Part shown: piece after piece, positions 17,481 through 25,526 of the stretch
How the letters are laid out: every line of letters begins with the position of its first letter
Numbering within the stretch: position 1 is the first letter of the stretch
Origin: Candidatus Campbellbacteria bacterium
GTDB lineage: Bacteria; Patescibacteriota; Minisyncoccia; Phycocordibacterales; GCA-2747955
Direction of reading: 5' to 3'
DNA: 39,273 nucleotides
Assembly: GCA_002747955.1 (NCBI GenBank)
Contig: PDQZ01000003.1
Location: forward strand, 1-39,273
Notes under the pieces: generated by a model
The model's input: the letters and a program-made list of their open reading frames with translations, nothing else
Databases searched by the model: none
Told to the model about the DNA's origin: nothing
Made by a program: the position numbers and the translations under genes

Positions 17481-18190
17481 TGTCAAATCAAGAAAATCAA
17501 AAAGGAAAATTTTTCGTGGTCGGAACACCCATTGGAAATTTAGATGAAATTACAAAAAGAGCAATCGATGTTTTAAAAGAAGCTGACTATATACTAGCCG
17601 AAGATACAAGGGTAACAGGAAAACTTTTAAAAAGGTTTGATATATCAAAAAAAATGTATTCTTATAACTCTTTTTCTTCACAAGAAAAATCTGAAAAAAT
17701 TATCGATTCTTTAAAAAAAGGGCAAAAAATTGCTTTAGTTTCAGATGCAGGAACACCTACAATTTCAGATCCAGGGTTTAAAATCGTTTCTGAAATTTAT
17801 CAAAATTTATCTGAAAATGAAGTTGAGATTTTGCCAGTTGCAGGTCCTTCGGCTTTGATTTGTGCTTTGTCGGTTTCTGGATTTACTTCATCTTCTTTTG
17901 TTTTTTATGGTTTTTTACCACACAAAAAAGGACGGGAAACTATTTTTAAAGAAATTGCTCAAAATACTAAAACTTCTGTTTTTTATGAATCTCCAAACAG
18001 AGTTTTAAAAGCCTTAACTTCTTTAGAAAAATTTTGCGAAGATAAAAGACAAGTTTTTGTAATCAGAGAAATTTCAAAGTTATTTGAAGAGAAAAAAAGA
18101 GGAAGTATCAAAGAAGTTTTAAATTTTTTTGAACAAAATCCAAACAAGCTTAAAGGTGAGTTTGTAGTGGTGGTTGATAAGGTTAAATAA
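17480..18190 (+). CDS. rsmI: 16S rRNA (cytidine-2'-O)-methyltransferase RsmI
   Basis: VGTPIGNLDEIT, AEDTR, LVSDAGTPTISDPG, FYESPNR, REISKLFEE, KGEFVVVV. Confidence 0.95.
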   Translation: MSNQENQKGKFFVVGTPIGNLDEITKRAIDVLKEADYILAEDTRVTGKLLKRFDISKKMYSYNSFSSQEKSEKIIDSLKKGQKIALVSDAGTPTISDPGFKIVSEIYQNLSENEVEILPVAGPSALICALSVSGFTSSSFVFYGFLPHKKGRETIFKEIAQNTKTSVFYESPNRVLKALTSLEKFCEDKRQVFVIREISKLFEEKKRGSIKEVLNFFEQNPNKLKGEFVVVVDKVK

Positions 18191-18246
18191 CAAAAAAACC
18201 GTGAGGCAAAAATCCACAAGGAAAGGCCTCACAGTTTTTTTAAAAC

Positions 18247-18347
18247 GAAAATAAAAGCCCGAAATTTTTTGCCCTTGTTTTCACTTGTGACAGGCAAGGC
18301 CTGTCACAAGTGAAAACAAGGGCAAAAAATTTCGGGCTTTTATTTTC
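18247..18347. repeat. 101-bp perfect palindrome (49-bp arms, AAG loop)
   Basis: Arms 18247-18295 and 18299-18347 are exact reverse complements. Confidence 0.92.
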
Positions 18348-18369
18348 ATCCTATGATATAATAAGATAT

Positions 18370-18768
18370 ATGAACATAAACAAAATTTCAAAAATATTTT
18401 TAAACCTTGTAATTTTATTGGCAGTTTTTGTTTTAGGAATAAAAGCTGAACAATTTTTACATCAAGATTATTGTTTAGACGCAGGTGGTGCTTTAAACTC
18501 TAAAGGTTTTTGTGAATTTTCAAAAGAAAATAAGGCACAAAAAAACTCAAGCGCCAAAACAGAAATAACATGGATCAAAGCAGTTGACTTAATTAAAAAC
18601 AATCCCGACCAAATTCAAACAATTTTTCAAACACACAATCTAGACATTTCAATTACAATGAAAGACGGTCAAAAATTTTCTACCAAAGAATCAAGAATTG
18701 ACGAGATTTTTGAAATCATAAACCAGTGCGGAGAAAAATGTAAAGGAATAAGTCTGGCAACAGAGTAA
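18370..18768 (+). CDS. Hypothetical membrane-anchored/exported protein with two Cys pairs
   Basis: Start moved to 18370 (TATAAT 7 nt upstream; longer ORF runs through the palindrome); N-terminal TM, CLDAGG...C and CGEKC. Confidence 0.7.
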   Translation: MNINKISKIFLNLVILLAVFVLGIKAEQFLHQDYCLDAGGALNSKGFCEFSKENKAQKNSSAKTEITWIKAVDLIKNNPDQIQTIFQTHNLDISITMKDGQKFSTKESRIDEIFEIINQCGEKCKGISLATE

Positions 18769-18830
18769 TTTGACTTTTTATAAAAACTTGTTATAATATA
18801 ATGAGTTTTTATTTTTTGTGAGGCAATCAA

Positions 18831-19169
18831 ATGGATATTAAATCTCACGAGGGTTTATTTCACTCATTAAAACATTTCCTATTTAGATTTTACAAAAACC
18901 TAAATAGAAAAAACCAAAGTATTTTCATTTACAACGGTGCTTTGGAGGAGTTAAAAAGAAAAGGAAGTAAAAGCGGGAATAGTTTTGATTCGGTTTCAAA
19001 AATAGAAGTTTTTTTTGACAAAGATTTAAAAACTATCCTCTCAATATCTTTCTTTTTGGGAGACGGAGAAAGAAAAATAATTTGGAAAGCTGAAGATAAA
19101 ATGCAGAAGTTTTCCGAAATCTTCTTTAACTTCATGTATAAAAGATACAGAAATAAGCGGGGACATTAA
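18831..19169 (+). CDS. Hypothetical protein
   Basis: 112 aa; TTGACT-N16-TATAAT promoter (18770-18797) and GAGG SD. Confidence 0.6.
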   Translation: MDIKSHEGLFHSLKHFLFRFYKNLNRKNQSIFIYNGALEELKRKGSKSGNSFDSVSKIEVFFDKDLKTILSISFFLGDGERKIIWKAEDKMQKFSEIFFNFMYKRYRNKRGH

Positions 19170-19185
19170 GTCTCCGCTTTTTTAC

Positions 19186-19228
19186 TTATCCACAGTTTAT
19201 TGACTTTTTATTTTTTTTGGTATATACT
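19186..19228 (+). promoter_or_regulatory. DnaA box next to a consensus promoter
   Basis: TTATCCACA 19186-19194; TTGACT-N17-TATACT 19200-19228. Confidence 0.5.
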
Positions 19229-19568
19229 AAATTCAGTTGAACATTAAACATTTGCCATAACAAAAATTGGCAAAATTAAAAACACAAGTTTTTAATACAG
19301 TAGTTTCAAAAAATATATAAAAAGAATAGTTTTCAAAAACAAATAATATAATAAACATTTTAACTTCAAAAAACAAAAATAGTTTCAAAAACAAACAAAT
19401 TTTTTCTTTAAACTTTTCTTGATATAATTTATTTTTCTTTACAACTATATAAAAACTTGATACCAAATATTTTGGAATCAAAAAATTAGACAATCGTCTG
19501 GCCAACGAATAATCTAAAAAAAAACTTGATAAAAAAAGACGACGGAATAAAACCGTTGTTTTTTATTT

Positions 19569-20702
19569 TTAATGAGTATGTGCACAAGAGTGTTTTGCTC
19601 CACCTTCTTTTTTAGGTGGATATTTTTTATAAATTAAAATTGAAATAATTGTCACAAGCGGAACAGTTAAAATCAATCCAAAACTTCCCACAACAGACCT
19701 TGCAATTTCAACAATGAAAAACTCATTTGAATAAATCATACCACCGTCAATCTCAAGCCCCGCCTGAATCTGCTCTTTGTAATTTGGAGAAAAAATAATC
19801 AAAAACATTGGCAAAGCAACAGCAGTATAAGCCAAAACAATTGTGTTTACAAGCGCTGCTGTATGTTCTTGTCCAACCTTCATTGCTTTTTTGAAAACTT
19901 CTTTTACACTTTTATTTTTGTCTTCAAGCATAAACTCTCGAACCAAAATAGCTTGCATCACAGCCACATCGTCTAAAATTCCCACAATACCAATTATAAT
20001 TGTGGCGATTAAAAGATTTTGTAAATTCATTTCTGGATAAAGCTCTAACATTTGACTTGAAAACTCCAACCCAAAAACTGAAATATTTAAAAAATAAATT
20101 GAAAAGTAAGCTAAAAAAGTTGAAATCAAAACGCTTATCAATGAACCCAAAAAAGAAGCAAAAGAAACCACCGAAATTTTATGCGTAATGAAAATAGCAA
20201 AAAACAAAATCAAGCTTGAAACCAAAACTCCAACTGTCAAAGCGTCGTATCCTTTTGCTAAAGCTGGGATTAAAATAAGCCACACAGCAAAAACAGAAAT
20301 AGCCAAAGCAACCAAAGACCGGAGTCCTTTTTTTCCAGCAATTAACAAATAAAAAGCCATAAAAAATACAAAAAGCCAAATGATTTTATTTAACCGAAAA
20401 ACTTCCTCGACATAATAAGTTTTAACCGCACTTTCTTCATCTACAACTTCGTTTATATAAACAGAAGTTCCAGGCGAAACTTTCACTAAATCATTTAAAA
20501 CATTTTGAATAATTTCTCCATTTTCTTTTTGAACTTTTAAAAACTGTTGAACATCTTTTTGATTTTCAGAACTTTTTTCTTCTTTTATAATTTCCAAAAC
20601 TTCAACTTTTTGAATTTTGCTTTGACTGTCTTCAAAATACCTTTCTTGAGCCCCAGCAAAAAAGGGAACCAAAATTAAAATCAATACCAATATTTTTTTC
20701 AT
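19569..20702 (-). CDS. YibE/F family membrane protein
   Basis: GKKGLRSLVAL, GILDDVAVMQ, GQEHTAALVNTIVLAY, EIARSVVGSFGL; C-terminal HSCAHTH. Confidence 0.88.
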   Translation of the reverse strand: MKKILVLILILVPFFAGAQERYFEDSQSKIQKVEVLEIIKEEKSSENQKDVQQFLKVQKENGEIIQNVLNDLVKVSPGTSVYINEVVDEESAVKTYYVEEVFRLNKIIWLFVFFMAFYLLIAGKKGLRSLVALAISVFAVWLILIPALAKGYDALTVGVLVSSLILFFAIFITHKISVVSFASFLGSLISVLISTFLAYFSIYFLNISVFGLEFSSQMLELYPEMNLQNLLIATIIIGIVGILDDVAVMQAILVREFMLEDKNKSVKEVFKKAMKVGQEHTAALVNTIVLAYTAVALPMFLIIFSPNYKEQIQAGLEIDGGMIYSNEFFIVEIARSVVGSFGLILTVPLVTIISILIYKKYPPKKEGGAKHSCAHTH

Positions 20703-20756
20703 ACATACATTTTAACACAACTTTTTCAGAAAAAGTATTTTAACATAATAAAATAA

Positions 20757-20777
20757 AAATGCAAATCATTTGCATTT
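20757..20777. promoter_or_regulatory. Perfect 10-1-10 operator, Fur/Zur-box-like
   Basis: AAATGCAAAT-C-ATTTGCATTT between divergent YibE/F and CooC-like genes. Confidence 0.7.
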
Positions 20778-20829
20778 AACTTTTCTTGTGTTAAAATATT
20801 TATTATAAACAATTCACATTAAACAAATT

Positions 20830-21672
20830 ATGATATTAGGATTTTTAGGAAAAGGCGGAAGTGGAAAATCTTCTGTTTCAACACAAATGACATATTTTTT
20901 AACACAAGTTAAAAATAAAAAAGTTTTAGCAATAGACAGTGACCATAACATGGACTTGTCTTTTAACTTATCAAACGGAGAAAGTGTTAAGATGAATTCA
21001 CTTGGAGAAAGCTTTAAAGATTTGGAAAAATACACAGGAGAAAGTCAATACAAAGAAACTTTTTTAAAAAACAAAGATGTTATATTTACCTTAAGTCCAA
21101 AAGACGAATTTACAGAAAAGTACACAAAAAAAATTTCTGAAAACTTAAACTTAATGCAAGCGGGTCCTCAAACTGAGAATGTTTTATATGGAAAATCTTG
21201 CAGCCATATTTTAACAACTCCTTTGAAAACTTATTTACCACTTTTAAAACTCAAAAAAGACGAGTTTGTTGTTGTTGATGAAAAAGCAGGGGCAGACGGA
21301 GTAACAACAGGAATTGTAACAGGACTTGATGTTGGAGTTATAGTTTTTGAGCCAACAACTCACAGCATAAAAACAGCAAAGCAAATTTCAGAACTTATGA
21401 ATTTTTACAAAACACCTTTTGTATTTGTGGCAAATAAAACTCAGTCAGAAGATGACATAGATTTTGTGAAACAGAATTTTGAAAACGAAAATATTTTTTA
21501 TTTGCCAAGCACAAGAAAGGTAAAACAAAATCCATTTGATTTTGACACAAAATGGGAGGGTGAGCTTGAAAAGGTTTTGGAAAAAGCAAAAGAGAAAAAC
21601 CAAAACAACAGAAAGGAGAGGACTTTGGAGAAGTTTAAAAAAAGTGATAGGTTTGAAAAAAATAGTTTTTAG
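20830..21672 (+). CDS. CooC/AcsF-like (MinD/ParA superfamily) metal-insertion ATPase
   Basis: Deviant Walker A GKGGSGKS, DSDHN, GKSCSH (CxH at the CxC site), DEKAG, VANK. Confidence 0.75.
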   Translation: MILGFLGKGGSGKSSVSTQMTYFLTQVKNKKVLAIDSDHNMDLSFNLSNGESVKMNSLGESFKDLEKYTGESQYKETFLKNKDVIFTLSPKDEFTEKYTKKISENLNLMQAGPQTENVLYGKSCSHILTTPLKTYLPLLKLKKDEFVVVDEKAGADGVTTGIVTGLDVGVIVFEPTTHSIKTAKQISELMNFYKTPFVFVANKTQSEDDIDFVKQNFENENIFYLPSTRKVKQNPFDFDTKWEGELEKVLEKAKEKNQNNRKERTLEKFKKSDRFEKNSF

Positions 21673-21756
21673 TTGTTGCAAATAATTTTATTTTGTTTGC
21701 AATATGGTAAAAATTATTTTACCAGTGTTCTTTAATTAAATTTACGGAGAGTAAAA

Positions 21757-22491
21757 ATGTGTAATAAATGTAAATCAAAAGAGTATGCGGGTTTGCATAA
21801 AGGTCATTTAAAAGAAGCAAATAAAGTGTTTCCAAATCAAAAAGATTTTAACAAAAAACTTTTTGATGCAATGACAAAATTTTTAAACCCACACCATTCT
21901 TTTTACAGCTCTTTGCTTGCAGTGAGGCAAAAGCTTGAACAAAAAGATTTTGGTATTTTGCAACAATGGAATTTAGTTCGCTTGCCACTTTCAATTATTG
22001 GAAGCAATAAAGTCAGATACAGAACACCTGTTGTTGAAAATTTACACGAATCAATTTTATCGGGGCACATGTCTGATTTGATGAAAAATGAAATAGACAA
22101 AGTTTTAAAACTTTTTGATTTGAAACTTGTTTATCTTTGTTGTTGTGGAGTTGTTTTGGGAAAATCAGAAGACATTGATGATTATTATGGTTCAACAGAA
22201 CATATAAATTTAGAGCTTCTTCGTTCAGCAATTGATGCTGAAGGGAATCCTGTTGTTTCTATTTCTGATTTTTCAAAAATTGAAGTTTTAACAATGGACT
22301 TACATGTAAACGATGCCGAAAACAGACTGTTTTCAGATATTGAGTTTGCAATTAAGCAGTTTTCAAAAGCGGGTTTTCCAGATTATGATTTAGAAAGTGA
22401 TTTAAACTTTTTTATTCAAAATACTTTTGAACACCACAAGCCACAAACTTTTGAACAAATACAAAAAACAGAGTTGATTGTTGTTGCATAG
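21757..22491 (+). CDS. Cys/His-rich hypothetical protein
   Basis: 244 aa; GGAG SD; MCNKC, HKGH, HHS, LCCCG, EHH. Confidence 0.7.
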   Translation: MCNKCKSKEYAGLHKGHLKEANKVFPNQKDFNKKLFDAMTKFLNPHHSFYSSLLAVRQKLEQKDFGILQQWNLVRLPLSIIGSNKVRYRTPVVENLHESILSGHMSDLMKNEIDKVLKLFDLKLVYLCCCGVVLGKSEDIDDYYGSTEHINLELLRSAIDAEGNPVVSISDFSKIEVLTMDLHVNDAENRLFSDIEFAIKQFSKAGFPDYDLESDLNFFIQNTFEHHKPQTFEQIQKTELIVVA

Positions 22492-22560
22492 TTTTTTGTA
22501 TTTTTCACCAAACAACCTTTTCTTTTTTAGAAGGTTGTTTTTTTCTCTCTTTAGAAAAAA

Positions 22561-22600
22561 GCAGAATTTGTTAAACGCATCCACGCGCGTCAAATTCTGT
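22561..22600 (+). repeat. 15-nt-loop hairpin family copy (divergent)
   Basis: GCAGAATTTG-tt-AAACGCATCCACGCG-cgt-CAAATTCTG. Confidence 0.75.
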
Positions 22601-22636
22601 TTTTCACTTTTTACTCAAAGGTTTTTAAAATACAAC

Positions 22637-22984
22637 TTACTTTTTACAACTTCCTTTCACAATAACCTCAACTTCTTTTACATCAAAATTTTTAATTTTA
22701 ATAAGTTTTAGCAATTCTTCGTCTTTTAAATCAAAATGCAAAACTTTTTGACAGTTTGTGCAAAAAGCGTGTTGGTGGTTTTCTTTTTTAATTTCATAAA
22801 AAAACTCTTTATTTCCAAAATTGTATTTATTAACCAAATTTTCTTTTTCAAAAAAATCAAGTGTTCTATAAACGGTTGCCAAATCAATATTTTCAACTTG
22901 TGAAAAAATATCAGAGGCGCTCAAAGTTTTTTTGGACTTTTTTAAAACACTTAAAATCCATTTTCTTTTTTCTGTTAATTTCAT
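22637..22984 (-). CDS. Fur-family metalloregulator (Fur/Zur/PerR-like)
   Basis: KLTEKRKWIL, DLATVYRTLDFF, HQHAFCTNC, C-terminal GSCKK. Confidence 0.92.
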   Translation of the reverse strand: MKLTEKRKWILSVLKKSKKTLSASDIFSQVENIDLATVYRTLDFFEKENLVNKYNFGNKEFFYEIKKENHQHAFCTNCQKVLHFDLKDEELLKLIKIKNFDVKEVEVIVKGSCKK

Positions 22985-23053
22985 ATTACAATTTTAACAC
23001 AAAAATTAACAAAAGCTTAAAGGGAAAAACAAAAAATCTGTTATAATAAAATT

Positions 23054-23929
23054 ATGAAATATTTAAAAATAGCAACTTTGATTTTTCTTTTTATTTCTTT
23101 AATTTTAATTTTGTCTTTTTCTTTTCAAAAACAAAAAGAAAATCAAATCACTTTTTTAAATGTTGGACAAGGAAGCGGAACACTGATCAAAACCAAAAAC
23201 GGAACAGAGATTTTAATAGATTTATCCGACAAACAAATTGCTCAAAAGTCTCTGTTAAAAGAACTTGGTTTTTTTAACAGAGAAATTGATTTTTTGTTTT
23301 TAACTCATTACGACATTGATCACGTTGGAGGTTTTTTAGACTTGTTTGGGAAATATAAAATCAAAGGATTTTTTACTTCAAAAACCATTCCAGAAAATAA
23401 AGACCAAAAAGAAGTCTACAATTTGATTTACAAAAATTTAAAAAAAGAAAATATCAAAGATTTTAAAATCAACACCGAGGATATTTTGAAAATTTCTGAG
23501 AATCTTTATATTGAAGTTTTATATCCTTTTTCAGATTTAAATTTGAACAAGATGAACCCAAACGAAACTTCACTTGTTTTGCAAATTCATTTTACAGATC
23601 AAAGCAAAACAGAAAAGAAAGTTTTAATCACAGGCGACTTGTCTTCGAAAATGGAAAATTTTTTAGTTCAAAAATATGGAAAAAAGTTAAAGTCAGAAAT
23701 TTTGCTTGCAGGACATCACGGGTCTAAAACTTCTTCATCAGAACTTTTTTTAAAAACCGTTTCTCCAAAATATTTTGTCATTCAAGCAGGACTTTCAAAT
23801 CCTTACGGACACCCACACAAAAGTGTTTTAAACCGAGTTTTAAAAATGAACATTCAAATTTTAGAAACCTCAAAAAAAGGCAATCAAAGATTTGTTTTTA
23901 AAAATGGAAACTTGGTTTTAGAAAATTAA
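23054..23929 (+). CDS. ComEC/Rec2-type metallo-beta-lactamase domain protein (stand-alone)
   Basis: FLNVGQG, LTHYDIDHVGG, NETSLV, LITGDL, AGHHGSKTSS, NPYGHPH; single N-terminal TM. Confidence 0.9.
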   Translation: MKYLKIATLIFLFISLILILSFSFQKQKENQITFLNVGQGSGTLIKTKNGTEILIDLSDKQIAQKSLLKELGFFNREIDFLFLTHYDIDHVGGFLDLFGKYKIKGFFTSKTIPENKDQKEVYNLIYKNLKKENIKDFKINTEDILKISENLYIEVLYPFSDLNLNKMNPNETSLVLQIHFTDQSKTEKKVLITGDLSSKMENFLVQKYGKKLKSEILLAGHHGSKTSSSELFLKTVSPKYFVIQAGLSNPYGHPHKSVLNRVLKMNIQILETSKKGNQRFVFKNGNLVLEN

Positions 23930-23971
23930 AATTTTGTTTCGTTTTAAACTTAAAAATGCTATAATTTAAAA

Positions 23972-25072
23972 ATGTTTAAAAAGCTTGATAAAAAAATTTT
24001 ATATACAACATATATTTTATCTTTTATTGGTTTTTCTGTATTTTTTTCAGCTCTTCTTTACAGTACAAAGGACCACTCTTTTTTTGTATCAGTTTTAACC
24101 AAACAAGTTTTTGCTTTTGTTTTAGGTTTTATTTTAATGTTTTTTATAGCAAATTACAAAAAAATAAACGCTCAATTTTTAAGAAAAAACTCAATTTTTA
24201 TACTTTTAGCCGCTTTAATTTTACAACTTTTAGTTTTTTCACCCTTAGGTTTTGAAACCAAAGGTGCAAGAAGGTGGATTACTTTTGACTATTTTACAAT
24301 CCAACCTTCAGAGTTTTTTAAATACGCTTTTATCATTTTCTTTTCGGCTGTTTTGGTTACCCAAGGAAAAAAACTTGCTAAATTCAAAAATTTTGTTATT
24401 TTAGGTTTTTTAACTTATCTGCCTATTCTTGCAATTTATGTTGCCATAAATGACTTTGGATCAATTATCATTTTAACTTTCACAATGTTGGTTTTGCTTT
24501 TTATGTCAAAAACAAAATACAAATATTTATTTTTAATTTCAATTTTAATCGCACCCATTGCCGTTGTGACAGCTTACAACTTTGTTCCACATGTAAAACA
24601 AAGACTTGAAGTTTATGTTTTCCCAGAAACTCGTGATCCTTTAGGAAACTACTATCAACAAACTCAAATGATTCAAACAATCGGTTCGGGAGAAACTTTC
24701 GGACGTGGTCTTGGAAGGTCTGTTCAAAAACTTTCAGGTCGAATTCCAGAACCTTTGGGAGATTCCATTTTTTCTGTTTTTGCAGAAGAAACAGGTTTTG
24801 TAGGATCAATCTTTTTGATTTTTCTATTTTTCTATTTTTTAATTATTATTTTAAGCAAAGCCAAAAAAACCAAAGACTGCTTTTCTGAAATGGTGGTTGT
24901 GGGACTTGGACTTTTAATTGTTCTGCCTGCCTTTTACAATATCGGAGCAAATTTAGGTGTTTTGCCACTTTCTGGAATGCCCATGACATTTGTTTCAAAA
25001 GGAGGAACTTCTGTTCTAGCAGCCTTTCTGGCTCTGGGAGTAATTTTATCCCTAACCAAAAAAGCAAGATAA
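23972..25072 (+). CDS. ftsW: SEDS family peptidoglycan polymerase FtsW/RodA
   Basis: GARRWI, IQPSEFFK, DSIFSVFAEETG, LPLSGMPMTFVSKGGTS; ftsW versus rodA not resolvable. Confidence 0.85.
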   Translation: MFKKLDKKILYTTYILSFIGFSVFFSALLYSTKDHSFFVSVLTKQVFAFVLGFILMFFIANYKKINAQFLRKNSIFILLAALILQLLVFSPLGFETKGARRWITFDYFTIQPSEFFKYAFIIFFSAVLVTQGKKLAKFKNFVILGFLTYLPILAIYVAINDFGSIIILTFTMLVLLFMSKTKYKYLFLISILIAPIAVVTAYNFVPHVKQRLEVYVFPETRDPLGNYYQQTQMIQTIGSGETFGRGLGRSVQKLSGRIPEPLGDSIFSVFAEETGFVGSIFLIFLFFYFLIIILSKAKKTKDCFSEMVVVGLGLLIVLPAFYNIGANLGVLPLSGMPMTFVSKGGTSVLAAFLALGVILSLTKKAR

Positions 25073-25085
25073 TTTATAAGATAAA

Positions 25086-25116
25086 AAAACAAGCCCTTAA
25101 AATTAAGGGCTTTTTT
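25086..25116. terminator. Bidirectional terminator
   Basis: AAGCCCTTAA-AA-TTAAGGGCTT with flanking A/T runs. Confidence 0.7.
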
Positions 25117-25134
25117 CTTTTTTTAATTTAAATT

Positions 25135-25401
25135 TCAGATCTCCATATCATCTGGAGCTTTTGCAATCAGTTCAGAAAATATTTTTTCTCTTGTTTTTTC
25201 AGGTAGCAAAAGAGAAAAAAGATAAAAAATCAAAAAAGCAAAAGAAGTTAAAATAACCGTAAGAATTCCACTTCCAAAAACTTTTAGTAGAACAAAATTA
25301 TTTGAATTTTTTTGATCCAAAATCAAGAAAAACTCATGCCACGAAAAAAAATAAGCAAACAAAACCACAAAACCAATTAAAAGTATAAAAAACCTTTTCA
25401 T
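25135..25401 (-). CDS. Small two-TM hypothetical protein
   Basis: GGGAG SD 5 nt before ATG at 25401; TGGACA-N17-TATAAT promoter (25468-25440). Confidence 0.65.
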   Translation of the reverse strand: MKRFFILLIGFVVLFAYFFSWHEFFLILDQKNSNNFVLLKVFGSGILTVILTSFAFLIFYLFSLLLPEKTREKIFSELIAKAPDDMEI

Positions 25402-25526
25402 TTTTTCTCCCATTATTAAACTGTAAAAAACCGAACCACATTATAACACCAAAAAAAATTTATGTCCAATTTTTTAAATAAAATTTTAGGCTAATTTTTT
25501 CCAAACAAATATGATATAATATTTTT

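Noticed and set aside
19233-19505. 90-aa Phe-rich minus-strand ORF
   Set aside because: TTG start, no SD or promoter, lies downstream of the YibE/F terminator on a T-rich strand where stops are depleted; not called as CDS
19186-19568. Replication origin
   Set aside because: Only one perfect DnaA box, no dnaA/dnaN nearby, and no switch in gene orientation bias
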